From Thalia democratica (taxonomy: Eukaryota): a DNA stretch of 64,000 bases. The notes below the pieces were generated by a model. That model did not search any database. It was not told where the DNA came from and saw only the letters and a list, made by a program, of their open reading frames with translations. The stretch spans positions 63,054,001-63,118,000 of the forward strand of contig OZ241826.1 in the NCBI GenBank assembly GCA_965202585.1. Direction: 5' to 3'. Position numbers and translations under genes: made by a program. Positions 25,052-37,558 of the stretch are shown here, piece by piece (position 1 is the stretch's first letter; every line of letters begins with the position of its first letter).

Positions 25052-27424
25052 ATGGATAGTTGTAATAGAAAAAAACCGCCGTCGGCACCAAAACGAACAA
25101 ATAGCAGAAAAATAATGCAGAATTACAAACCGCAAGTTCAAGAAAGAAGTAATGAATGCAGTGAAGTTGAAACCTGTGCTGATACTTTGCACAACACAGC
25201 AACCGACTTCTTGGACTTTCTCGACAAGTTGGAGGAGGTCAAGGCAACTGGGAACTCACAAGACTTGCTCAAGTTTATTGCCACAGACGGAAGAAAAAAG
25301 GGAAGCAACGGAAGTTCGAGTAAAGTGCGTGAAAAGCAGCATATGTTTCAAGGCGGGGGGAGCCCAATTAAAAAGACACAAAGCTTTGCTGCGAGGAGGA
25401 GCTTGCCTGCTGAAAGTAAACGAGAAAGAAGCAAGACTCAAACACCTTTGAAAATAATCGAGGAAGCAAAAAATAAAAATGCTGCGAGCAAAGCTCGCCT
25501 AGCTGCTAAAAGAGAAAGAAGTAAAACTACGACTCCTATTAAAAGTGCTAAGGTTTTTAATGTGAGTGAATTAAAAACTGTAACACCTGTTCTTGATGAA
25601 GACAAAGCAAATGTTTCAAATGACAAGCCTATCGACATGAAAGAGAAGCCTTCGTTTAAGGAAAAAAAGTTAACAGGAACTACATTAACTAAGAAAGATA
25701 AGTTTACTTCTGCTATTAACAAACAGTCGCAAAAGAATGAGAAAAGTTGTGCTCCTAAAATATCTCCAAGAAATTCTAGTAGTATAAAATATCAACTAAG
25801 AGCTGGCAAAACTGCTTCAAAACGTTTGAAAAGAACTGATGAGAATAGTAAATTAAAAATTAGTTCAGAATCGATTAAAGTGGAAAAACCAGATTTGGAA
25901 GGAGTTTTTACAAAAAATTTAAAAAAATATTCTAACTTTTCAGAACATAAAGATATTTCAAACGGAAGTAGTTTTGTTCCTGATGTAAATAGTTCGAATA
26001 GTGTACTTGAAACTTCTGATGAACGAGACAGCAAAACAGATAAAAAGTTGGACAATGTTTGTGTTAATAAACTTGAGCTAGAATCTTTAAACTGTTCAGA
26101 AAACATTAAAAGTGATAACGTAATACTTTGTGACGACAAAACAACTCCTAAAACAATACCAAAATTGACAAATGCAAATTTAACATGCAATAAAAATGAC
26201 TCAACTCTGATTAAAAGTAGTTCACTTTCAAGCTCTTCTGAAAAAGAGTTTGATGAAATTGAGGGAAAAACAACACAAGATTTATTATCTCTTTCAACTT
26301 TTAAAGATCTTGATAAAAAATGTGACGAAAAACCTGAACTAAAAGAAAATAAAAGAACGAACTTGATATCAAGCTTTTCAAATGTAAATGATCCCTTAGA
26401 TAATAAAGATGTAAGTTCTTTTAAAGAAATAGAAGTACTTAACAATCAGTTTTCATCAGATAAATCATTTAAAAGGGATTCTTATTTAGAACCAAGTGAA
26501 GTTTATAGTAATATTGCGCTTCAAAGCATTGCTACACAAAGTTCGTGTAAAAAATGTGAGGAAAACAGAGGTTCAAATCAAGACGAAAGTAAAGTAAAGT
26601 CGACAGAGTATGAGTCTTTTTCAGATAACCCTGTATCTACAAACGCTCCGATATCAAGTATTACCAAAACTTCTTCTGAAATTTTAGTCTGTGATAATAT
26701 TTCACCTAAAGAGATTAATGAGCACAACTTAACAAACACTGTTGTTCATAAACCTCTCGATGAAAATAATACTTCTTCTAAGGTTATTAATGATAATACG
26801 CTTTCAGATTTTGGTCTTAACAGTGTTATTAGCTATAAAACAAAAACTAACACTAGTAATAAAACTAATTCTAACACTTACAACAATGATTTAAGCAACA
26901 ATATTAGTGATTGTAAAAACAATGCACCTACTACTAAAAAGCATGAAGATAAAAATAGTTTTACTACACAAAAACTAAACACTAAAAAAGTTAGTTCGGC
27001 AAATTCATTAAATAATGAATTAAATGGTAATAAAAAAAGCAATGAATCTGTAAAATTTGAGACGAAACCACAAATTCCACCGAAACCAAAAGTAGCTCCT
27101 AAACCTAAATTAGATTTAAACCAAAAATTAACACAAAAACCAAAAGTACCTATTAAGCCAAAAGGTCTCATGAGCAGTCATTCAAGTCTAGGAACAAAGC
27201 ACACTAACAGAAGTAACATAGTAGAAAATTCATCTTTTGTAGAAATGTTCAGTAAGACCGAAGAAAGTTCTAGTATTAAAAAAGACGAGCAAATGGATAC
27301 GGAGGGCGAAAATAAAAGAACAAACTTGTTATCAAGTTTTTCAAATGTACATGATCCCTTAGGTAATAATGATGTAAGCTCTTCTAATGTTGACCTTCAA
27401 GAAGAATATAATCAAGTTAACTCG
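25052..27424 (+). CDS. Large low-complexity S/K/N/T-rich exon (791 codons) of the + strand gene, likely an alternative N-terminus
   Basis: 793-aa ORF; ATG in aaaataATGg context just after in-frame TAG, which is also an acceptor (exon could start 25046, phase 0); probable gttggt donor at 25052+2373=27425 joins exon 29769 in phase 0. Confidence 0.8.
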
Positions 27425-29768
27425 GTTGGTTAATTTATTTAAAGTTTGTTTTTGTAAGTGTATCAAATTGAAAATAAAAATTTTGAAATATTTTTGTTTA
27501 ATATGATAAAAGTAAAGTATTAGACGTTAATTGGACCGGATGAAGGGTTTGTAAGTAAGCATAGGTATAAAATGTTTTAAACAATTTTATATGTTTTTGT
27601 ACTTGACTCAATGATCCACCTAGTTTTGGTAATAACGCATTTTTGCTTTCTAATTATAAATTTACTGATATGCATGTAGGTAAATTCAAATTAAGTAAGC
27701 AGTCACATAGTAAATAGTTTACTTTGTGTTGTGAAAAGAAAATTGCTTGGTTTATTAACCTTATTTGGAATGTACTTATTATCTTTAAGCAATTCTTAAT
27801 GTAATAAATATATAATAAAAAGAAAAAAGATGTTTACAAAAGTAAACAACCTATAGTATTTAATATTTAAGCTATGTTTCAACTAAAAATATTGAAATTA
27901 CTGCAAGGTTTTTAATACTTCAAGCAGTTACTTTAATTATTGACTTAGAAACTTTTTTTTATTACATCTGATGCTTATTTCTATTGAATAGTGATGGTTT
28001 AAACTATGTGTCAAGAACTGCTTACTTTACAGTTAAATGTTTTTTATAACCCAAACGTAATCTAAATACTTTTAGAGAATAAAGTCAAATTAAAAACGCT
28101 GTAAGATTAGTTTTAGTTAGATATGATACTTTTATCCAGTCAAATAAAAGTATATATTAACATATAACAACTATAATACAAAGTAAAGAATTATTTTATA
28201 TAATGTTATATCAAATGTATGAAATTCATCGTGATGAGGTTTATTTTATATTTGTAGTTGTATATACTATAACAACAGCTTATTTTGAAAGTCAAGTGCA
28301 GCAATTACACGTTCTTTATAAAGCTTTTTAAGTTTGTATTTTTGTTTTGAAGTTTGTTTTATACACTTATTTAGGAAGGTCATAAAATAGCTTGCAAATA
28401 TAACATGTGTGTACGGTTTACTTTATGTGTTATATGATTTAAAATAAGTTTTAATATTTAGAGTTTTATTAAAATTATATTCAGTGCTCTCAAAATACTG
28501 TTAGCTATCCAGTACTGTAATTTTAAAACTTTCAAATGTTATTTTAAACAATTTATATAGTTAAAAAACTGTTACACTATAAATAACTGATAATTTCAAA
28601 CAAATATTTTTTTCTGTATACTGTTTACATATTATAAAGTATTTGCTAAATTTTGGTGTAATAATTAACTTCGTCACCTGAATAAACTCCACAGGCTGCA
28701 TATTTTATCAGCATTTATTATAAAGAGTCGGTTGGGAGAAAAAAAAACTTTAATGCATCTTTTCTCGCTACATCTTGCCTTTTTTATCATCTAAATAGAT
28801 GTTTTTAGTCAACTTTTTTAATTGTAAGGGTGTTTTATTACGCTTAGCGGACATAAACTGTTTCATTTCATATCTTTACTTTTTTTGACCGTATAATGTA
28901 TGAAAATAGTTACTTTCTATGTCTATTAGTATTTCAAAGCTGTAAGCTGTTTTTCTATTGCTGATGAGAAAAAAATACAAGTACTTATGTGTTTTATCTG
29001 CGTAGTTCTTTTCATTTTCACATAAACTTGAATGAGAAAATTTGAATAGATGACGTCGAAGTATTTTCTAAACATTGTGACATCAAGTTTACGCCTAACA
29101 TAAATTTAAGTGGTTTTGCGTCACGTATATATGCTGTATTTACGTTTATATAAGACTTTGTTTCTCTTTGAAGAAACAGTTATCATTTACAAAAAAATTC
29201 TAAATTAAATAGGTAGTAGAGTTGTTTTAGTCAATTTGGAATTGCTTTTATACTTTGAAAATATTTTTTCACTTCCGAATTGCACTCAAGTTCAATAGAA
29301 ACTATTCACGTAAATTACACGTTATTGAATTTTAAGTCTTATATTTTAGATTTGTTTTGTTGACATTGTTAAACGTCTTTAATTGAAATAGATATATTAG
29401 TTAAATATTATAATTAAAAATATATTATCGTAAGTACCCATTAGCATTTCTTTTGTTTAATATGTTTATGAACAAAATATTTTTTAAAGTAAAAGATTAT
29501 TATTTAAAAAACTTATTAACATGCTTGATCTGTAGATACTTTTTTTAATGCTCAAATATTTGAATGTAAATACTGTGTATAAAATAATGATTTAAAGACT
29601 ATAGAATTATTTTTGATTTATTATAAAATTATTTTTAAGAGATTAATATAATGTTCTTATGAACCTATTGACTTATTTATTTGATATTTAGCAAGGAAAC
29701 TAAGTTTTTATTTTTATTGAAAAAAATATTTTAAATTCAAAACTTTATTTACATTTTAAAATTTTCAG

Positions 29769-29797
29769 GTTGGACAACTCAACAAGCAAATTGAAAA
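29769..29797 (+). CDS. Caldesmon-like gene exon: VGQLNKQIE(K)
   Basis: ttttcag acceptor; gttagt donor, phase 2; joins acceptor 31282 to give QIEKWKSGQV. Confidence 0.6.
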
Positions 29798-30606
29798 GTT
29801 AGTTATATCAAATTTTTAGTACTTTTTCACTGTTTGTATATAATCAGTCTCTTAAACTTTAATATAGTTTATTTATTAAATGTTGATATAGTTTTATTAA
29901 TCAGTATTTAACTTCTATTTTAAGTCTGAAAATATGATTTTATTTATATTGTAGCATCACCTTAAAAGGAGAAAATTGTTTTTAATAATATAAAATTTAA
30001 TCAAAATAGTAGTCGAAATTTGATGTTTCCTAAACAAAAATTAAAAATGATTATTAAAATGATAAAATTGATAAACAAAAAATTTGATGATTTTTTAATT
30101 GTAAAGAGTTTATAAAATCGTTTGAAATACAATTCTTAGTTATTATAGGTTAAATAGATTTAACAACTGGATTTAAAACAATGACACTTAAACATTTTAG
30201 TATTGTTTTTTCTCTCTCAAGTTCTTGTGCTGTTGTTTTATTACTTACTTTAGAAGCCACTTTCTAAAGTGAAAATAAATTGAAAAATGTTATATTATCC
30301 ATCTTTAGAAGATTAAAAATTTAAGCAGCTTATTTTTTTAGAAGCTTAAGTATATTATTTAGAATTAATTAGTTATATAAACTTTATATGCTTTTATCCC
30401 AAACTTTGTTTTTAAACCATAAAGTCCATTTATAGTTACTACCTAGATAAATACTATACATAATTATACATGCTTTTTTCTGCTTTTTTTCTAATGTGTG
30501 TTAACATTTTATAGACTCCGTAGATCTGTTCTTAAATTTATTTGAGAGCAGTGAAACGCAGTTAGTTGAAATAAAGTTTTAGCACAAGAACATCTGTTGT
30601 AAACTT

Positions 30607-30631
30607 TATATATATATATATATATATATAT
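30607..30631. repeat. (TA)12 microsatellite
   Basis: Direct read. Confidence 0.9.
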
Positions 30632-31222
30632 GTAGGAAAAAATACAAATTTGAACTAATTTTTAAGCCACACTATACTTACTAAAATTTATTGTTGTTAA
30701 AAAACTTTAAAAAAAAATCGTTAGGATTAAAAAATGACTAATTATATTTAGTTTTTTCTATTATTCAATACTTTTTATTATTTTAATAGTTAGATTTATT
30801 AATGATGGCGATTCCCATTTTACTTAATGATAATTCCTGTTGGTTTTCTGATCAAACAATTCATTTAGTGGTCTAACCATTTTAGGAATTATTTAAGAAA
30901 AAAACAGTCTATATAAATTTTGATTTGGCGTGTTGACTTAGATCAATTTCTATTAAAAACTAAACAGTGCAAAAGTGAAGTCTGTCGCAGTTACTCCAAA
31001 AATGAGTGAGAATATTAATTCAAGAATGGAGAAGTACTCTATGTCTTCTAACAAAAATAAAGTTTGGGCATTTTATTTTTAATCAAAACTTTGATAGATT
31101 AAATTATTATATTTTATGCAATACTAATACTAATTTTAAACAACATAACAAACAGTTTTCAGATAAGTTCAGTTGTTTGGATTGTAAGCGATTAGAGCAA
31201 CTAAATGAATAATTTCTAACAG

Positions 31223-31324
31223 GAAAAACAGACATCCACTCAGATTAATATTACGAAAAATGTAAGTTATACAAAAAATAGGTGGAAAAGTGGTCAAGTT
31301 TACAAAAAAGAGGAGAAAAAAAAA
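31223..31324 (+). CDS. Caldesmon-like gene exon with two acceptors (31223 phase 0; 31282 phase 2): ...WKSGQVYKKEEKKK
   Basis: ctaacag acceptor gives EKQTSTQINITKNVSYTKNRWKSGQVYKKEEKKK in frame; aaatag acceptor at 31280-81 gives the same W frame; gtttgt donor at 31325. Confidence 0.65.
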
Positions 31325-33802
31325 GTTTGTTTTGTATTACAATGAATTACTATTTTTTGAATTGAATTTGGCTTAAGTAGTGTAATAATTGAGCTGTAAA
31401 CACACTTCTTTTGTGTTGCCCTTACAACATCAGTAAATGCATTGAAAAAAAAATAAGTAGAAAACAGATCATAAAATTTTTATTGGTAACAATCTGTTTG
31501 CAAATTAGTTTTAATAAGTATATTTAACTTGTGTGGATCATTTGTTAGTCATTTAAACTTAGTAGAACTGTTATAATAAATACTTTAAATTTCTATTGTT
31601 TGTAATAATGTTTTTATATTATAGTGTACTTATATATATATATATTTTGTATACTAACATTCTTCTGTTGTGCTTGATGTTTTTCTGTCACTTATAATCT
31701 TCCCAATATTTAAGTGTTTGCTAACAAAACAGATAGTACACAATGCTAATTATAAATAGATAAATTAGTACTAATAGTATATTAAATGATAAACATTTAT
31801 GAACATTGAGTACTTTAATTTTTTTCTTTTATATACATTTAAAATGCGTAATGATAGATTCTGAGGAATATATAATTATAATAAAAGTATTTCTCTTTTA
31901 CAACATTTTGGTACTGTTTTTCTTAAATTTTATATTTTTACCGAGAATATAGAACTTTTCAGCTAATTTAATTGAATAATATGTTAATTTTCATTGTCCT
32001 ACTTTATAAGAAAATAGGTACGTTTTCTTTTTCTTTAGGTTCATTCAGACTAGTTGAAAGTTAGAAAGATCAGTATGAGTTGAAGGTTTAGAAGCACTGA
32101 GACTAACTCAAGCTAGTTCAACATGTCGATAAATTGAGATTCTCGTAACTTGTGTAACGTTTTTATTTTGTATAAGCTTAAAATTTTGTTATTATCCTCA
32201 ACAGTCTTTAAAAATTTATTTAAAGGTTAAGTTCTGGTACTTGTTTTTGCTTAAATATGAGAGTTTTGGTATTTAATTTGGGGTAGCTCAGAAAAGTTTT
32301 ATGGTAACAAAATGTAACGAATTAACTTAAATAGTATTCTTTATGATTAAATTTAGTGAGCTCAAGTCATTGGTTATTGTGAAATTACCTCTATTTAAGT
32401 TTGTACCACTTTTCGATCATAAAACTAACTGCACTACCTCAAATTAATGCTGAAAGTGGCTTATAAGCACTTTTTTTTCGATGAGTTAGTGAGATTTACT
32501 GATATACCATAATTGTGTAACAAATGTTTTAATGTTTATTTTATCTAGTTCCAAATTTTTTATTAAGTGTAATTTCAAGTTTACATTATGAAGATATTGT
32601 AAAAACTATGATTTTATCATATACAAGATGACATACATTTTTATCAAAACATTCTTTGAAACTTAAATTTTTTAAACTTTAGATGTTTATGTTTTTCAAA
32701 CTTTTTGAACAATAAAAAAAGTTTTTTTTTTCAGTTATTTGCCAGCTTGTAATGTGCAAGCATGTTTTAATTTCAGTTTTGTCATTAGGAAAGTAAAATA
32801 TAACTTGTTTAATCTATGTCTAGACTCTAGAGTACTCATAGTATTTCCTAGTTACTGTTTAACTAAATCTAACTTAAGATACTTTTCTGTAACTGAGTTT
32901 TCTGTTTTAAAAATAACTAACTCTGTAGATATTCGTGCATTAAAAAGCTGAAAAAAAGTTATTATTTTCATTTAAGTTTATGAGACCAACACATCTGTAA
33001 AAAATTAGTTCTCATTGCCTATAATGTTTAAATTCTTAATACCATACCCAAGCAAGTTTACCATGTGTTAAGTAGTCAATTAAGCTAGTTATTTACAAGT
33101 TTTTTAAAAACAGTGTACTTTTTATTTTATAAAAATAAATTAAAACTTACACTTTTGGTTTTAAGTATTTTTTTAGTTTGGCAAAAATGTTGTTATTATA
33201 GTTTAACTGTTTGTTTTATTTGAAATGTATTGTTACACTTTAATGTTTAATCTTAATTCACGTTCTAAAGTAAAACAACATAGACAACAATGAACATTTA
33301 AAAAAGTCATGACTCGACATTTATTTCACAGTGTAGGAAATTTTTTTATGCTTACTTAAAAAACACGACTTAAGTTATTACTAACCGTTTGATGTTTATA
33401 ATATATCAATGTTGTTTGTAGTATCCAAATACAACTTTTTTATTATCACCTATTTTTTAGATAGTGACAGGTAGACGCAATATATTTAACCTCTTCCTAT
33501 GTTCTTTTAAAAAACATTTTTCGTACTTTATAGTTTCAAAAGGTATTTTTGTTGCTGTAGTTAAACTCATTTAGGAAGTTATAAGTAAAAAAAAGTTTCA
33601 CCGAAATAAGTTTAACGCTTACAAAAAATTAAAGATATTTACATGTGATCAGCGTTTACCGTTGCTTCTACCTTTACCTTTAAAGATTACAAGCCTATTT
33701 AAAAAAATAAATTTGTAATTATTTGTGCCAGTATTTATTTTAATTGTTTTCTAGTTAAGTTTAGTTATTATAATAAAAAAACTCTAAATAAATTTAACAC
33801 AG

Positions 33803-33970
33803 ACTCCAAACAAAGCAATATTGGGAGCTTCACTTAACAAGAGAAAGAATATTTTTGAGAATGGCAAAAATCAGTCGCAACCAACTACAACTAAGCAAGT
33901 AGCTGTCGGTGGAATTTCAAATCGAAAAGAGATGTATTTGAAGCAAACTGAAGACAAAAAAGAAAACAAA
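33803..33970 (+). CDS. Caldesmon-like gene exon: TPNKAILGASLNKRKNIFE...GGISNRKEMYLKQTEDKKENK
   Basis: acacag acceptor; in frame with ORF 33821; gtaaat donor at 33971, phase 0. Confidence 0.8.
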
Positions 33971-34112
33971 GTAAATTTTATTTATAATCATTTTGACAGG
34001 TATGTTATTTTTATAGTTGCTGAATGCTTCGCCTGTCACTGAACTAGTAAAATGAAGCTATATTACAAAGAGTTATTGAAGAATTATGATATACTGAACC
34101 GTTACTTTAGAA

Positions 34113-34274
34113 CAGGGTTTTCTAAACTTTTTTTCAAATATACTAAAAAGAAACACATAAGACCTTTTTTTGCTCTTCATCATCAACTCCTGGATATCTA
34201 GTGTAAGTTTCAGATTATGACCTCATGGCCCCCTTGTGGCTCCTTTATGCTAGTGGCCCCCAAAGAATACCCTG
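34113..34274. mobile_element. 162-bp hAT (Charlie-type) MITE
   Basis: Ends cagggttttcta / gaataccctg; perfect 8-bp TSD ctttagaa at 34105-12 and 34275-82. Confidence 0.8.
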
Positions 34275-34789
34275 CTTTAGAATGAGTTTTGTTTCATAAA
34301 ATGAATTAAGTTAACTAGCTTTTTTTTTATTAATGTGAGCTTATATTATTTTTAGTTAGACGGTATTTACAAAAGTAAATAAACATGCATAAGAGTTAAC
34401 AACTTACGTTTATTTAAACATACTTTTAAACCTAAAGGTCTAAGGTAAGTTTAAAATCTTCTACAACCGTGTCACTACTTTCTTCTAAAAAACGAGTTTA
34501 TTTAAATAATCGAGGTTCTTTATTTTTAGTTACTATTTATTTCCAACAAACTTAATTTTTTCAGACTCTTTTATATTTAAGTGAAATAAAGTTTTTAAAT
34601 TTTATAAAAATATAAATATAATTAGGCAAACTAATTTAGTAAAATTATAGATCTCGCTTTTTAATGGTTACTGATTTTAGTTAAACATCTCTGATAAAAA
34701 CATATAGTAGTTGTAAAATTCAGTCTGAGTAAAATATTAGTAATGATTTAGTATTACAAGTGGTAAATTACTTGTTGTAAATATTTCAG

Positions 34790-34885
34790 GATAGCAGTCA
34801 GTCACATGCAAACAAATCATCAAAGTTAAAACAACTGGACAAATGGGAAAGTGGTCAAGTTACTTCTGCAAAGTCTCCGAATAAG
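34790..34885 (+). CDS. Caldesmon-like gene exon: DSSQSHANKSSKLKQLDKWESGQVTSAKSPNK
   Basis: tttcag acceptor; gtgttt donor; 96 nt, phase 0-0. Confidence 0.8.
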
Positions 34886-35151
34886 GTGTTTTATAAAGTA
34901 TTTTGAAGTTTTTAAAAGTTAATGCAGAGTATTAAATAAATTTCCTAACATTCATTCAATCATTACAGTCACTTTACTATCAATTATTACCCTAATATTT
35001 TAAACTCTCAAAAAGAACTATTTTCAAAATTGCACTTTTAGTTTTTAAAACCGAATTAATTTTAAGCTCCTTAAACTTGTACTTAATTAATTTGGATAGG
35101 TGTGTGATTTGTAGATGCGATGTAGATTAATTTGTTATATTTTTTGTACTA

Positions 35152-35935
35152 CAGTAACCTCTCGGATCTTTACGCACTCGTGACGTTACGCACTCTCGTT
35201 TAGTTACGCATTTCAGAATTCTATAAAATTCAGAAAATAAAAGTTTTCATTTTTTTTTTTAATATTGCACAAATTAGGTTTAATGTATATTTTTGAATTA
35301 AAATATGTTTTTGAATGCTAACACACCTCTTTATATCTTTAGACTTTGTAAATTTATGTTCCTTGACTAATTGATAAACATTTAGTTATACCTCAGTATA
35401 TCAGAAATTTTGTTAACAATATGAGATTAAATCAAATTTCTGAAATAAACATGACTGTGTTTAATAATAAAAGTATAGTGAAATAATGAGAGTTTAAAAC
35501 ACAAAGAAATAATACAGCAGTCTTGCCCTATATATTAATAAACACCATTTTATAATTGTAAAGAAATGCTCAATTATAAATTGAATTTGCTAAGTATAAA
35601 AGAATATAAATATCACATATAAATAAAGATAAAGATAGTTTCTACTTATTATTAAAATAGTAAAATTATTTCTACTCGTATTATTATTTCATAGAAACTC
35701 AAATCCTTTTTTTTAATATATATATATAGTTTTATCTGTTGTTTTCATATTTATTAATTAAGTAAACAAATAGTTAAAAGTAGGAAAGTGCCCATTCTGC
35801 TTTTAACTAGAAGCAATATTAAAAAACAGCCATTATAGTGAGTATATTTGGTACCTCTCGTTTCTTTACGATCTCTCATATCTTTACGCACTTTTTCTGT
35901 GGACACAATGTGCGTAAATAAGCGAGAGGTTACTG
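35152..35935. mobile_element. Tc1/mariner-superfamily (pogo/Tigger-like) MITE, copy 1
   Basis: TIR cagtaacctctcg / cgagaggttactg; TA on both sides; subterminal ttacgca repeats; no ORF. Confidence 0.85.
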
Positions 35936-36431
35936 TATTTATTGATAAATAAAAGTTTAAAAATCAATATTAAACATTAAATCATAATGACCCATAATTA
36001 CTTGGTGGCATAACTGCTTTACAGAACATTGAATAAAGTATGTAAAGATTAATTGATTTAGAAATAAAAATCACTCATTAAAGTTTAGATAAACAAAAAA
36101 TAAGTAGTTTTGTGTAATAAAAAGAAGAAAGAAAATAAGAATGAATCCATGAATTAACATGCTTTATTCGAATAAATTGAGGAAAACATATGTCGATAAG
36201 GTGCATATTTAAAATTTACTTTTAAATATTTCATTAGAAATTTTTGTTAACTCTATAGCAACAAGAAAAAGTTTAAAAGTATCTAATGCTGTGATTTTTT
36301 GTGCTTAGTTGTTTTCTTAGAGCTTCTGTATTATAAGGAGACTTTCGATAATACACTTAGTACCATTACTTTATAAATTAGAGATGTTTTAGTTCTACAT
36401 AAAACTTGACTCATGCTATTTCTAATTTATT

Positions 36432-36486
36432 GGATCCGGATCCAGCTAGAACCAGATCCGGATCATTTTACAAATCAAGATCCGGT
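36432..36486. repeat. Relic of the CCGGATCCGG-repeat hAT family
   Basis: ggatccggatcc...agatccggatc...agatccgg; no termini found. Confidence 0.4.
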
Positions 36487-37558
36487 AGATAGTAACATTG
36501 TTTTTCTTTAGTTCTAAGTTTTTTATAGTTTTTCATCATTTTAGTAGCATTATTTGTATTGCATGTTGTTAAAAAACTAAATAAGAGTCAGGTTACAAAA
36601 ATTCCTGTTAAAAAGCTTAAACATTTAAAATTATTGGATGTTACTGAAAAATGTGTTTAAATTACACGGTTGACATCTTTTTTTACACAGATTTACTTTT
36701 AAAAGTAGGCTTAGAATAGTTGTTTAATAGTTGAGAGTTGAGAATAGAGATCGTGTAAAAGAGTAGGTTTAAAACGGCATGTAGTTGAAATTTTACGTAA
36801 AAAAAACTAGGGTATTATCTGTGCAAAAGTACTACCCACAAAAGTCAGTTAGTCCTTGAGAGTAAAACTCCTTATAAATATGAGTTATACCAGTTTGATT
36901 GGGTTACTTTTTTATATTTGAATATGAAAATTGAAGTAGTATAAGTTAACCTTGAAATGTTTCAAAGCAAAACTAATAATTTTTAATTGTCTTGTTAATT
37001 TCATTTGATGTATAACGCAGAAAACGAGTACAACACGTTTTTTAATTAATGAATTCTTATAGCTTAAAATCATAAGAGGCAAGTACTTTGAAAAGTCAAT
37101 TGTTAGTTTTTAATGAGATCTTAGTCTAAAAAATTGGGTTTCAGCCAAAAAATATTTTTGCTAAAAAACTCTGAATTTTTCAACTGAAAAACTGAAACTT
37201 GTGGAGCATTAAAAACACTTTCTGTTTAAACTTCTAGATCAACGTTTATATAAGATAACATACTGTTAATTTCCTTACTTACTTTTTATTAGTTCAATAA
37301 CTGTTGGTGTCTTTCATTAACTACAAACATTATTAAGTTATTTTTGGCTGACTAGCTTTATTCAAGCAGTTTTTTAATTGATTTTTACTGTATTTTTTTT
37401 CATATAGTAAATTTTGAAAACTTTAAGTTACAATGCTTTAAACACAATACAAATGTAAGACTGTTATTTTATATCTCTACATACATTAGTTTAATTTTCA
37501 TTAAACATATTAAAAATTAAGACTAAATACAAACACGCTTAATTTTGGATAATAACAG

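Noticed and set aside
33971-34000. Alternative donor gacag|gtatgt at 34000 extending exon 33803
   Set aside because: Phase 2, incompatible with the phase-0 exon at 34790; donor at 33971 preferred
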